Below are positions 5,851 through 14,809 of a stretch of 31,949 nt of DNA, piece by piece (position 1 is the stretch's first letter; each line of letters starts with the position of its first letter). Position numbers and translations under genes: made by a program. The notes below the pieces were generated by a model that made no database searches, was not told where the DNA came from, and saw nothing but the letters and a program-made list of their open reading frames with translations. Source of the DNA: a virus (lineage: Duplodnaviria > Caudoviricetes). The stretch lies in the IMG/VR virus record IMGVR_UViG_3300006120_000056, positions 1-31,949 of that record; one strand, 5' to 3'.

Positions 5851-8099
5851 TATTGCTGTTCCCAAGATGCCGGGTTAGACGGGTCTCCGCCCTTAAACCG
5901 GTAGCCGTCAATGACGGTCCCGATCTGCGGAGGAGTTACTGGCGCGGCTGAGGTGCCCGGAGCAGCCTTTTGCGGAGTCGTCAGCCCATTGATGTAGCTG
6001 AGCGATTTGGCAGCTGACGGCCCGAAAATCGGAAAATCCTGAGCGTTCGGCCCCATCGACTGATGCCATTTGCGTTGTAGTTCGACGGCCTTGGCCTGCA
6101 GATCGCGGGCCAGCACGCCCATGGCTTGCGCCCGGACGCTCGGGGAGGCGTTGACGTCCAAAGCTCCTTCAAGGGCTTTCCGCTGGGCTTCCGTGCCCGA
6201 GGATCCGGAATAGAACTTGGTGAGCTCTTCGACCAACGGCGTGCGAGCAGCCTCGAACTTAGCGAGCGCTTTCGAGTAAGGGCCGGCTGGGTTCCACGCC
6301 TGCTGCCCCGCGCCAAGAACCTCTTGCCAGCCCCCCGCGCCCAATTGCTGTTTTCCAAGCTCCTCAGATGCCCGCGCTGCTTCCTCCAGATGTCCAAGTG
6401 CCGTATTGGCCGCAAGGATCTGGCCACCGGTCGACGACGGGCTCGTGCCATCCGTGAAGTCCTTGATGGCAGCGCCACGCGCGGCCGAGACGGAGGCGTT
6501 GAACTGCGGATCGGCGGCGTAGACCAGCTTCATGATCATCTGGTCGACACCCTTTGTCGCGGCGTTGCCAGTGGGAACGGGCATATCGCCGCGGAGGATC
6601 GCCCGCGCCTGAGCGGCATAAGGACCCCATTGCGGATCGGCGCGCAGCTTGTCGAGATAGTCTTCGCCGGCGACGCGCGGTACGCTCATGGTCTGGGCCG
6701 TGTCGACGCCCTGCGACGGCTGCTGGACGGTTGCTTGCGGTGCGGCTGATGACGGTGGTCCCGGTACAGGTGCGGTCGGCGCAGCGCCCGGCTGCGGCTC
6801 GGCAGCGCCAAGCGGCGGGAGCGGTTGCGACGTGACCGCGCCCGGCCCCGGCTGCGGAGCGTTCGGCATCGCCGCAGCGCTCATGCCCGGCGGTATGTTC
6901 GCCGGCGGCTGGGGCATTCCGGGGCCGATCGGTTGGCCCGTCACCGGGTTGACCATCTGCTGGCCGGCGTCCATCGCAACGCCCTTGATCGGCGCCTGAT
7001 AGATCGGCTGCACGGCACCGGTACGCTTGTTGATCAGCAGTGTCGTGCCGTCCGGCGTCGTCGTGACCTCGTTCTGCGGCATCATCTGCGATTGCACGAT
7101 GCCCATCGCCATTTGCCGCGCCTGAGGCGGCAGTGACGGGTTCAGCGCTATGGCAAGCATCTGCGCATATTGAGGCGACTGACCGGGTTGCGGGCTCGGG
7201 TTCAACAGCGCCCGGGCCACCGGGCTGGCGGCAGCAGGCGCAGTCGGCTGGCCACCCGGCGCGTTCAGTGATGCCGCCCACTTTTGGTCCGGGCCCTCAA
7301 TGCCGAACCGTTCGCCGTTGATGGCAGCGGTCTGCGGGCCACCGGCAAAACCGACCGTGCCCGAGGCATTGCCCGTGGCCAGGTTCGAGACGTTCGAGCC
7401 CTTGAGCGCCGCGGCTACCAGTGGCGAATAGGCGCTGAGCGCCTGCGGATTGCTCATGGCCTTATCGGCTGCAGCATAGGTCGACGCCGGGAAGTAATCG
7501 CCCTGTAGCGTCTGCGCGACCGTCTGTCCACGCGCCGCGGCGCGGTTGAAGATGCTTTCGATGAAAGCCTGCTGCGCCTGCTGGCCCTGGCCGCCGACCT
7601 CGGCTTGCGTGATGGCGGCAAGGCGCAATGCGACCGCTGGATCCTGCAGTTCCGGTTCGAATTGCTGGCGGACTCCGGCAAGGTTCGGTAGTGCGCCCGT
7701 GATGTTCGCGCTTGCCCGAATAGCATCCTGTCCGGCGCTCGGTGCCGAATTGCCGGGATTGGTGCCAGCCGGCATCGGCGCCGCCGTATCGTAGCCTGGC
7801 GTCGGAGTGCTCGCCTGCGGCGGCGGCGGGTTCGCGGGTGCTGCGCCCGGCTGCAGCTGTTGTTGGCCGGTCAACATGGCGATCATCTGCTGTGTGGCCG
7901 CGTTCCCGTTTTTGTTGATGACGTTTTCGTTGTTGGCGCCGACGAGCGCTTGGGCAAGTCGCGCCGCGCCCTGCCAAGGCGACCGAATCGGCGTCGTCTG
8001 CATGCCTTCCTGTTGCAACTGACGAGCGAGCGCCATTTGCGTCTCGTAATCGTAATTTGGCGCCCCGTTCGGGCTGGTCGTGAAATCAAGAAGGCCCAT
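5850..8099 (-). CDS. Internal virion/ejection protein with SleB-like (Hydrolase_2) peptidoglycan hydrolase domain, 749 aa
   Basis: Q/P/A-rich; LAAITQAEVGGQGQQAQQAFIESIFNR resembles the SleB catalytic-Glu motif; C-terminus GTVIDGYRFKGGDPSNPASWE. Confidence 0.65.
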   Translation of the reverse strand: MGLLDFTTSPNGAPNYDYETQMALARQLQQEGMQTTPIRSPWQGAARLAQALVGANNENVINKNGNAATQQMIAMLTGQQQLQPGAAPANPPPPQASTPTPGYDTAAPMPAGTNPGNSAPSAGQDAIRASANITGALPNLAGVRQQFEPELQDPAVALRLAAITQAEVGGQGQQAQQAFIESIFNRAAARGQTVAQTLQGDYFPASTYAAADKAMSNPQALSAYSPLVAAALKGSNVSNLATGNASGTVGFAGGPQTAAINGERFGIEGPDQKWAASLNAPGGQPTAPAAASPVARALLNPSPQPGQSPQYAQMLAIALNPSLPPQARQMAMGIVQSQMMPQNEVTTTPDGTTLLINKRTGAVQPIYQAPIKGVAMDAGQQMVNPVTGQPIGPGMPQPPANIPPGMSAAAMPNAPQPGPGAVTSQPLPPLGAAEPQPGAAPTAPVPGPPSSAAPQATVQQPSQGVDTAQTMSVPRVAGEDYLDKLRADPQWGPYAAQARAILRGDMPVPTGNAATKGVDQMIMKLVYAADPQFNASVSAARGAAIKDFTDGTSPSSTGGQILAANTALGHLEEAARASEELGKQQLGAGGWQEVLGAGQQAWNPAGPYSKALAKFEAARTPLVEELTKFYSGSSGTEAQRKALEGALDVNASPSVRAQAMGVLARDLQAKAVELQRKWHQSMGPNAQDFPIFGPSAAKSLSYINGLTTPQKAAPGTSAAPVTPPQIGTVIDGYRFKGGDPSNPASWEQQ

Positions 8100-8102
8100 C
8101 GG

Positions 8103-9086
8103 TCAGACCTCCGTTGCCAGTTTGTAATCGACCGTTTTGAACCCGGCGAATTCACCAACAGCAGCTGGATTGACCTGTTCGACGTCTTGCGCCATGAGGC
8201 CGATCTGAACCGGGCCGCCCCAGATATAGCGATAGGAATAGACCGGCAGGCCATTGTCGAGCGTGCCGACACGTTCGATGTCGGTCTTGACGCGCTTGTC
8301 CGAGAGCAGGCCGAACAAGCCCGCGCCGTTCGCGCCTCTGGCGCCGATCGCGGCCCCGCCAAGACCGAACAGTCCGCCCATCGTGGCGTCGTATTGCTGC
8401 GTCTGGTCCTGATAGTTCTGCTCGACGAGGCCCGCCAAATTCGTCCCGGCCACATTGGTCTGCGGCGTCTGCGCCGTCTGACCGACGCCCGGCTGGCTGA
8501 CCTGTGAGCCGGTCCGCAACGCGTTCAGTTCGTTAAGCGGCAGATTGTACTGCGTCAGGGCATCATTGACGGCTGTCTGGTGCCCCTGCAGGTACATGTT
8601 GTTGTAGGCATTGGACTTGTCGCGGTTGAACTCGTCCATCGCATATTCGTAGCCCTGCGATCCCGGCGTCAGGCCGCGGTTCATCAAGCTCTGCTGCAGG
8701 TTTTCGGACGCCTGATTGTACTGCGGGTCGATCGTGTTCTTGGCCAGCTGATCGAGCCTGCCCTCGTTGGCGCCATAGCTGAGGTCGATCGGCTGCGACA
8801 GCGTGCTGCCGACGTTCTTCAGCAGGTTGCCCTCAACATCGGCATTGCCCTGCGCGTTGCTGATGTTCGAGTTCACGAGGTTCTGCATCGGCTGCGACAG
8901 GGTCGTCGTGGCGGTATATTGCGGCGCGCCGGACGGTCCCGTGCCAGTCTGGTTGTAGTTGATCGAGCCGTAGGGCGTCACCTGGTTGACCATGTTGAGC
9001 CCGGTTTGGTAGTTCGCCGTCTGCTCATTGGATTTGGTCTGGGCAGCTGCCGTCGCATACGGATCAGGGGCTTGCGGAGCGTTCAT
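8103..9086 (-). CDS. Ejection/pilot protein with C-terminal Peptidase S74 (auto-cleaving chaperone) domain, 327 aa
   Basis: MNAPQAPDPYATAAAQT start (ATGA overlap with the GNAT); Q/N-rich body; SDKRVKTDIERVG...VYSYRY...IGLMAQDVE...VDY is the S74 signature. Confidence 0.8.
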   Translation of the reverse strand: MNAPQAPDPYATAAAQTKSNEQTANYQTGLNMVNQVTPYGSINYNQTGTGPSGAPQYTATTTLSQPMQNLVNSNISNAQGNADVEGNLLKNVGSTLSQPIDLSYGANEGRLDQLAKNTIDPQYNQASENLQQSLMNRGLTPGSQGYEYAMDEFNRDKSNAYNNMYLQGHQTAVNDALTQYNLPLNELNALRTGSQVSQPGVGQTAQTPQTNVAGTNLAGLVEQNYQDQTQQYDATMGGLFGLGGAAIGARGANGAGLFGLLSDKRVKTDIERVGTLDNGLPVYSYRYIWGGPVQIGLMAQDVEQVNPAAVGEFAGFKTVDYKLATEV

Positions 9087-9481
9087 CTGGCCGTCCTTAT
9101 CAATCGCTGGTCCTGTCGCGTCAGGCCGTAGAGCACACCGTCTTCGTCGCCGAACTGCTGCCGGAGCAGTCCTTCCCAACGGAACCCGGCCTTCTCCAGC
9201 CCTTTGCGCGCACGAACATTCGAGGTGCGGGTGACGGCGGTGACCCGCGCAACATTGAGACCGTCAAAGCAGATGCGGGCCATGTCCCGCGCGTCGGCCA
9301 ACCGCAGCCGCTCGCTGGCGGTGAGCGTCAGATGCACGTCATGACCGGTGTAGTTGTTCAGCACGACAGCGAGCCGCGGGAACCCAGCATCGGCCGCCAC
9401 ATAGCCGCAGAACGGCGGTACGATACGGATCCCAAGCGCCTGCTCGATGATCCATTTCGCCACCTCGTCGGCGCGGATCAT
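9083..9481 (-). CDS. GNAT-fold (RimJ/RimL-like) acetyltransferase, virion morphogenesis region
   Basis: FDGLNVARVTAVTRTSNVRARKGLEKAGFRWEGLLRQ motif; coupled to both neighbours. Confidence 0.8.
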   Translation of the reverse strand: MIRADEVAKWIIEQALGIRIVPPFCGYVAADAGFPRLAVVLNNYTGHDVHLTLTASERLRLADARDMARICFDGLNVARVTAVTRTSNVRARKGLEKAGFRWEGLLRQQFGDEDGVLYGLTRQDQRLIRTAR

Positions 9482-11046
9482 CCGAGCGGACTGCCCGGTT
9501 CATAGAGCAGATCGATCGACGAATAGCGGAAGTCCGGCGCCGAGGTCTGATTGATCTGGATCTGCAGGATGGGCGCGACATAGACGCCGTTGGCCGGCGC
9601 GCCCATCCACACGGATTGGTCCTTCACACCGCCCGGCCAGATCGATTTCCCCCAGATCGCGGAGCCCCACAACGTGCTCGTCGCAAATGCTGTCGAATTC
9701 TGTGCCGAGGCCGGATAGGTCGTGGCGAATTCGGTGTTGATCGTCAGCTGCAGGTTCACGCTGAAATCGGCCTGAACATAGGGTTTGGCCATCTTGATCT
9801 GCTTGCGCAGGCCGGGCTTGTCGAGCGCCGTGAACTTCTGAAAGATCGTGCAGATGTATGGGCTTGTGTCGTCCTTGCCGCCGACCTCGGCTTGACAAAC
9901 CCGACCATCAGATGTGCCGAAGAACAGCTGGTTGTTGTAGACGCCGAAGCAGTTGGCATCCCAGCCGACATAGCGCGCCCAAGCTCCGGTGCGCGCGTTG
10001 ACGACATATTGCGTTTTGGTCGGCGATTGGTTCTGCGGCAGGCAGACAATCCCCATGCTTTCGAGCGGCCATGTCGACAACTGCCAGCCGTCAACATTGC
10101 CATAGGTCAGAACCGACTTGCGCCATTCGGGCGCGATCGGCAGCGTCACTGCGGCATTCTGCAGCGCCAGCTGATCAAGCTGCATGGCTTTCGACAACGG
10201 CACGATGCCGTCCTCGGTCATGATCGCGAGATCCCCGCCCGCCTTCATCAGGCAGCGCCGGCCGAGCGGGCGCGAGACCTTGTAGACGCCCGACAGCGCC
10301 CAGGTCGTCGAGTCGCCCGGATAGGCGCCGGAATAGATCGCGACTTCGCCCTCCGACGAGATGAACACGCAACTCTCATAGGTGCCATTCGTGGTGACGA
10401 CAGCCCAGGTCCCGCCGCACAGCAGGTAGCCGCCGCGCGTGAACACCGACGTGAGCGGAAAGATCGTCGCCGCGCCGCCGATGCTGTCGAGCGGCAGGTA
10501 CCAGGCGTTCATGCTGTTTGACTGGACGCCATAGATCCGGTTCTTGTAGGCCCAAGCGAAGGCAAATGGCCCGTTTGAGTCGAGCCCCGTGATAGCCGGG
10601 CTCGTGCTCCAGGACGACCCGCTGAAAATCTGCGCAGGATCCGACCCGTTCAGTGCCATCAGGAACTGGCCGCCCGTGCCGGTGAACTGCAGCGAATGCA
10701 TCAGCTTGGTTTGCAGCCCGGACACGGCCGGCGAACCGACAGTGCCGCCGCCGGTCACGTCCCAGATCTTGCCGCCGCCGGCCGCGAACAGCTTCGTCAG
10801 CGCGCCGTTGAGATAGGGCATCAGCGTCGTGACGGACGATCCCATGCCCTTTGCATAGGTCGTCGAGCCGCGCCGAAGCCTGATATAGTCTAGCTGCGGG
10901 AACACGTTTTCCAAGAGAAAGGCCGTCCCGTCCGGTGCGTCGGCCAGATTGGCGCCGACATACCATCCCTTGGTTGGCGCTTCGATGCCGGCCGGCAACG
11001 AGACGGCGCCACGCCCTTGCGACTTTGTCCGAAGCGGCTGGATCAT
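9478..11046 (-). CDS. Tail nozzle / packaged-DNA stabilization protein (P22 gp10-like), 522 aa
   Basis: Beta-propeller-like W/Y/G-rich sequence; size and position between adaptor and ejection genes. Confidence 0.7.
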   Translation of the reverse strand: MIQPLRTKSQGRGAVSLPAGIEAPTKGWYVGANLADAPDGTAFLLENVFPQLDYIRLRRGSTTYAKGMGSSVTTLMPYLNGALTKLFAAGGGKIWDVTGGGTVGSPAVSGLQTKLMHSLQFTGTGGQFLMALNGSDPAQIFSGSSWSTSPAITGLDSNGPFAFAWAYKNRIYGVQSNSMNAWYLPLDSIGGAATIFPLTSVFTRGGYLLCGGTWAVVTTNGTYESCVFISSEGEVAIYSGAYPGDSTTWALSGVYKVSRPLGRRCLMKAGGDLAIMTEDGIVPLSKAMQLDQLALQNAAVTLPIAPEWRKSVLTYGNVDGWQLSTWPLESMGIVCLPQNQSPTKTQYVVNARTGAWARYVGWDANCFGVYNNQLFFGTSDGRVCQAEVGGKDDTSPYICTIFQKFTALDKPGLRKQIKMAKPYVQADFSVNLQLTINTEFATTYPASAQNSTAFATSTLWGSAIWGKSIWPGGVKDQSVWMGAPANGVYVAPILQIQINQTSAPDFRYSSIDLLYEPGSPLG

Positions 11047-11047
11047 G

Positions 11048-12079
11048 TCACCACCACATCAGGAAGTTCGCCGAGGCCGTCGCGGCCGGCGTATAGATGA
11101 TCACGATGATGCCTTGCGCACCTACGCCACCGTCAGAGTTGGATGAACTGCCGGCGCCACCGCCGCCACCGCCACCGCCATATAGCCCACCAGCACCGCC
11201 AACTACGCCCGTTATTCCAGTTCCAGCGCCACCTCCGCCACCGCCGCCAGAGCCATGAGAGCCGTCGTACTCAGTTCCAGCCCCACCGGGGTTGCTCAGT
11301 GTCCCGCCCGCGCCGCCGGACCCGCCATCACCGGCGCCGCCAGCGCTTGTACTGGTGCCCGCTATGCCGGTTCCGCCAGCGCTGCCGGTCCCCGCGCCCG
11401 CTCCTGCAGCACCTCCGCCCCCGCCACCTGCTGTCGATGCCGTGCCGGCCGCCGTGCCGCCCGTCCCGCCGCTGGCGGTCGATGTGCCGATGCAGCTGCC
11501 CGCCGCGCCGCCCGTCCCTGCTGTCGTACCAGAGCCTGCGCCGCCACCCTTGGCCAGCACGCCTGTCGCCGTACTGGCCGGCGCAGATGACCCGGTATTG
11601 ACTATCCAGGTATCCCCGCCTGTTCCGGGAGTGCTGCCGTTTGAGCCTGCGACGCCGCCCGCCCCGATCTGACAGGTGTAAGCAGTGCTGGCGGAGAACG
11701 TTGCCGCGCCTGTGATGACGGCCCAGGCTCCGCCGCCACCGCCTGCGCCGCTTCGGTCTGCAGATCGGCCGACACCGCCCGCGCCGCCGCCGATGCATTC
11801 GATTTTCGAGCCGGCCTGAACCCAATCCGACGGGAAGGTGTAACTCGTCCCTGACGTTACGAAAACGACTGTCGCCAGCACATGGCGATCGACGGGAAGG
11901 GGATGGTCCTTGGAGTGGACTTCGACCACGTGGGTCTTGGTCCAGCCGTTGCCATCAGGAAACGGCGTCCAGCTTGCGACCGAGACGAGCGTCAGCGCGC
12001 CGATCGCGAGCAGTTTCAGGCGGCGGACAAGAGGCCCGGATCCACGCTTCGGGATCTTAAGAAACCGCCGCTCTGTCAT
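11048..12079 (-). CDS. Glycine-rich adhesin-like protein, 343 aa
   Basis: FVTSGTSYTFP...IECIGGGAGG...polyglycine runs...GAQGIIVIIY, typical of phage polyglycine adhesin domains; ends NFLMWW. Confidence 0.7.
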   Translation of the reverse strand: MTERRFLKIPKRGSGPLVRRLKLLAIGALTLVSVASWTPFPDGNGWTKTHVVEVHSKDHPLPVDRHVLATVVFVTSGTSYTFPSDWVQAGSKIECIGGGAGGVGRSADRSGAGGGGGAWAVITGAATFSASTAYTCQIGAGGVAGSNGSTPGTGGDTWIVNTGSSAPASTATGVLAKGGGAGSGTTAGTGGAAGSCIGTSTASGGTGGTAAGTASTAGGGGGGAAGAGAGTGSAGGTGIAGTSTSAGGAGDGGSGGAGGTLSNPGGAGTEYDGSHGSGGGGGGGAGTGITGVVGGAGGLYGGGGGGGGAGSSSNSDGGVGAQGIIVIIYTPAATASANFLMWW

Positions 12080-12255
12080 GGCGCCACCGGCGCGCTGAAG
12101 GTCTTGGCGCCCGGGTCATAGGTCCAGCCGATCCCCGCATCGATGCCGGTGATATCGACGAGGATTGCGCCCGCCGGCGCAGCAGCCGTCGCCGCATCGG
12201 CCATGATCACATTGACCACAATGAGCGTGATCGGATCGACGACCGCGGCGATCAC
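12076..12255 (-). CDS. Small fibre-associated protein, 59 aa
   Basis: GTG start overlapping the upstream TGA; VVNVIMAD...AGIGWTYD...FSAP motif; ATGA overlap with the next gene. Confidence 0.65.
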   Translation of the reverse strand: MIAAVVDPITLIVVNVIMADAATAAAPAGAILVDITGIDAGIGWTYDPGAKTFSAPVAP

Positions 12256-13403
12256 TGCTGCCCCACGGCGATGACGTCCCAGAACGAGTCCTGCGCGTTC
12301 CACACGCAGCCGACATAGAGCACCTTCGAAATCACCGTCGTCGACGGCAGCGTGACGCCGACAGCGCGATAGCCGCCGCTCGTGGTCGTCCAGGTCAAGG
12401 CACGGGCCGTGCCATTATCCTTCAGCCGCAGCAGCAGCTTCTGTCCATCGGTTGGCGTCCCGGAGGGCGCCGCAATCGTGGCCGCCGCCGCCAGCGCGGT
12501 GACGGTGTACATGTCGCTGGTGTCGCCTGCCGGCGTGATCGTCGAGCCGGAGGCGGTCGTGCCGGTGCGCTGCGTGATGCGCTTGTTGGTGAAGGTCTGC
12601 GTCGCCGCCAAGCCGGCAAGCGTGTCGCTGGCACCCGGCAGGGTGAACGTCGCCGTGGCGGACCCGACCAGCGTCGTCGTGAATGCGCCCGACAGCGACA
12701 GGCCGGCGCCATCTGTGCCGCCAAGGGTCACGGAACTGTTGGCCGTCAGCGTCTTGCCGTCGGCGATCGTCAGCGTTGATCCGCTTGCCGGCTGGGTCAG
12801 CGCGACCTTGTTGATGCTGCTTGCCGTCGCTGCGCCAAGGCTCGGCGTCACCAGCGCCGGTGACGTCGCCTGCACGATGGCGCCGGTGCCTGTCGTCGTG
12901 TTGCCGAGGGCAGTAACAGTCCCCGACGTCGGCAGCGTCAGGTTCGTATTGGCGGAAACGTTCAGCGTGACCGTGAACGCACCCGAGACCGAAAACGCGC
13001 CGCCAAGCGAAACAGCCTGGCCGCCGATCTTGGCGACCGTAAAGGCGCTGGCCCCGTCGAAGGTCAGATCGCCGCCGGGCGTAAACCCGCCAAGTGCGCC
13101 CGCGGTGTTGAGCTGGATCTGCCCAGACGTGCCGCCGGGCGTCGCCGCCGCCGTCGGTGTTCCCCATGTGCCGTCACCGCGCCAGAACGTCGTGTTCGAC
13201 GCGCCGGTCCCGCTGTTCAGCTTCGATACCGGCAGGTTGCCCGTCGTCTGCGTCGTCAGGTTCACCAGCCCCATGCTGCCGGCGACGGCCGCACTCAGTG
13301 TCGCCCGCCGCGTTGTGCCGGTCGCCGGGTCCCACAGCGGGATCAGCTCATTGCCGGTGATCGCAGCGTCGGCGGGGAGCTTGTTGATGGTGATCGTCGA
13401 CAT
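12252..13403 (-). CDS. Accessory fibre protein, 383 aa (true start 13403, not 14009)
   Basis: TGATG coupling to the adaptor; Thr/Gly/Ser-rich with fibre motifs FWRGDGTW, PGGTSGQIQLN, QTFTNKRI; C-terminal domain ends FWDVIAVGQQ. Confidence 0.7.
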   Translation of the reverse strand: MSTITINKLPADAAITGNELIPLWDPATGTTRRATLSAAVAGSMGLVNLTTQTTGNLPVSKLNSGTGASNTTFWRGDGTWGTPTAAATPGGTSGQIQLNTAGALGGFTPGGDLTFDGASAFTVAKIGGQAVSLGGAFSVSGAFTVTLNVSANTNLTLPTSGTVTALGNTTTGTGAIVQATSPALVTPSLGAATASSINKVALTQPASGSTLTIADGKTLTANSSVTLGGTDGAGLSLSGAFTTTLVGSATATFTLPGASDTLAGLAATQTFTNKRITQRTGTTASGSTITPAGDTSDMYTVTALAAAATIAAPSGTPTDGQKLLLRLKDNGTARALTWTTTSGGYRAVGVTLPSTTVISKVLYVGCVWNAQDSFWDVIAVGQQ

Positions 13404-14152
13404 CAGTTCGTCACCAGATACTGGCCGAGGTCGTCGACCACGTTCGGGCCCGTCAACTGGCCGACGTAGCTGTCGCCGAACTGGGTGCCGGTGGAAATCG
13501 ACATCTGGATGATGCGTTCGGTGTGCTCGCTGCCGGCGAGGCGGTCGAAGGCCATCTCGTAGGCGCGAAAGTCCTCGGCATAATCGAGGCCCTTCGCGGC
13601 CTTCACCTTCCACAGTGTGCCGAGCATGATCAGCCGTTCCGGCAGCCGCGACGTGTCGGCATTCGAGCCCCATTCCGCCTTGGTCGCGCCGGTTCCACCA
13701 TCCACGATCCAGTTCCTGGAATGGTAGTAGTAGGAAATCGTCTCGCCGATCGCAGGCGCCGGATAGAATTCGATCTGCGTCGCATTGGCCATGCGCCAGA
13801 AGGACGGCGCGACGCCTGCGCCGATCAGCTTCAGCTGCAGGAACACTTCCTCGTTCATCGGCCCGACCAGGGGCCTCGTCGGATAGGACGACGATACGAA
13901 TTGCTCGGACGGCCACAGGTTGCCGAAATCGGCTGGCAGCGTGAACAGCGTCGTCGCGCCGTCGCCGGTAAAGGTCGCCGGCGGCGTCGATTTCAGCGCC
14001 TTCCACCACCAGCGCTCTGTCAGGTCGTCGCCGATATCCTGCGCGAACGCGACCATCTGCTGAACGGTCGCGTCCTGCGATGTGAAGGCGTCATTCGTCG
14101 TGCCGAAGCCGGCCCGCTTATAGGCGCCCTGGATGATCGTCAGCAGGCTCAC
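13403..14152 (-). CDS. Head-tail adaptor (tail tubular protein A / P22 gp4-like), 249 aa
   Basis: MSLLTIIQ...WWWKAL...FTLPADF...IEFYPAP...AKGLDYAEDF; position after the capsid block. Confidence 0.7.
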   Translation of the reverse strand: MSLLTIIQGAYKRAGFGTTNDAFTSQDATVQQMVAFAQDIGDDLTERWWWKALKSTPPATFTGDGATTLFTLPADFGNLWPSEQFVSSSYPTRPLVGPMNEEVFLQLKLIGAGVAPSFWRMANATQIEFYPAPAIGETISYYYHSRNWIVDGGTGATKAEWGSNADTSRLPERLIMLGTLWKVKAAKGLDYAEDFRAYEMAFDRLAGSEHTERIIQMSISTGTQFGDSYVGQLTGPNVVDDLGQYLVTN

Positions 14153-14748
14153 GGAAGCGCGCCCTCAAGGCCTTCGCGCGCCACCTTCGGCGGTCGGCCC
14201 GGTCCGCGCCGGTCTGCCGAGGATGCCGCCAGCTGCGCCTGCAGCTCGGCGATCTGGGCCTGCAGCTCGTCGACCTTCGCCGTCATGTTCTGGCCGCCGG
14301 CCAGCCACCGCTGCGCCTTCTGCTGCAGTTCGCGCGCATAGGGCACGCGCGACAGATGCGCATCGGGACAGGCGACGAGGTTCTCGACGGTGAAGATGTT
14401 GAGCGCCTCCATCTCCATCACCTGGCGCTTGGAGATCACCGGCCATTCCTTCAGCGGGAAGCCGCCGGAGAAGCGGTCCTCGGACTGATTGGCCTTCCAC
14501 GTCTTGTAGGCGTGCGCATGTTTGCGGCGAATCTCGTCCGTCACCGGATGCACCGGCCGGTTCAGCGCGTCACCGGGCACGAGCTTGTAATAGACCTCGA
14601 CATCGTCGACGACGAGGCGGCCCTCGGCCTCGGTCTTGGCCGGGTTTTCCAGCTGGATCATCGAGAACACGATGGTCGTGTTCGGATCGTCGCCGTCGTG
14701 CACCTTGTCCGGGCCGCCGCCGAATTCCGCGATATGCTCTGTGAACAT
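14149..14748 (-). CDS. Hypothetical morphogenesis protein, 199 aa
   Basis: GAGGTGA RBS; NIFTVENLVACPD motif, coiled coil, C-terminal AT-hook-like RRGPGRPPK. Confidence 0.7.
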   Translation of the reverse strand: MFTEHIAEFGGGPDKVHDGDDPNTTIVFSMIQLENPAKTEAEGRLVVDDVEVYYKLVPGDALNRPVHPVTDEIRRKHAHAYKTWKANQSEDRFSGGFPLKEWPVISKRQVMEMEALNIFTVENLVACPDAHLSRVPYARELQQKAQRWLAGGQNMTAKVDELQAQIAELQAQLAASSADRRGPGRPPKVAREGLEGALP

Positions 14749-14762
14749 CGGTCACCTCATAT

Positions 14763-14790
14763 AAAAAAGGGGCGCCCCAATGGCGCCCCT
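14763..14790 (-). terminator. Intrinsic terminator after the capsid block
   Basis: AGGGGCGCC-ATTGG-GGCGCCCCT followed by a T run on the minus strand; perfect 9-bp stem. Confidence 0.85.
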
Positions 14791-14809
14791 CTGGTCTCGA
14801 TTGTTGGCG

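Noticed and set aside
13404-14009. N-terminal 200 aa of the 585-aa ORF 12252-14009
   Set aside because: Alternative frame over the adaptor gene; the TGATG coupling gives the real start at 13403.
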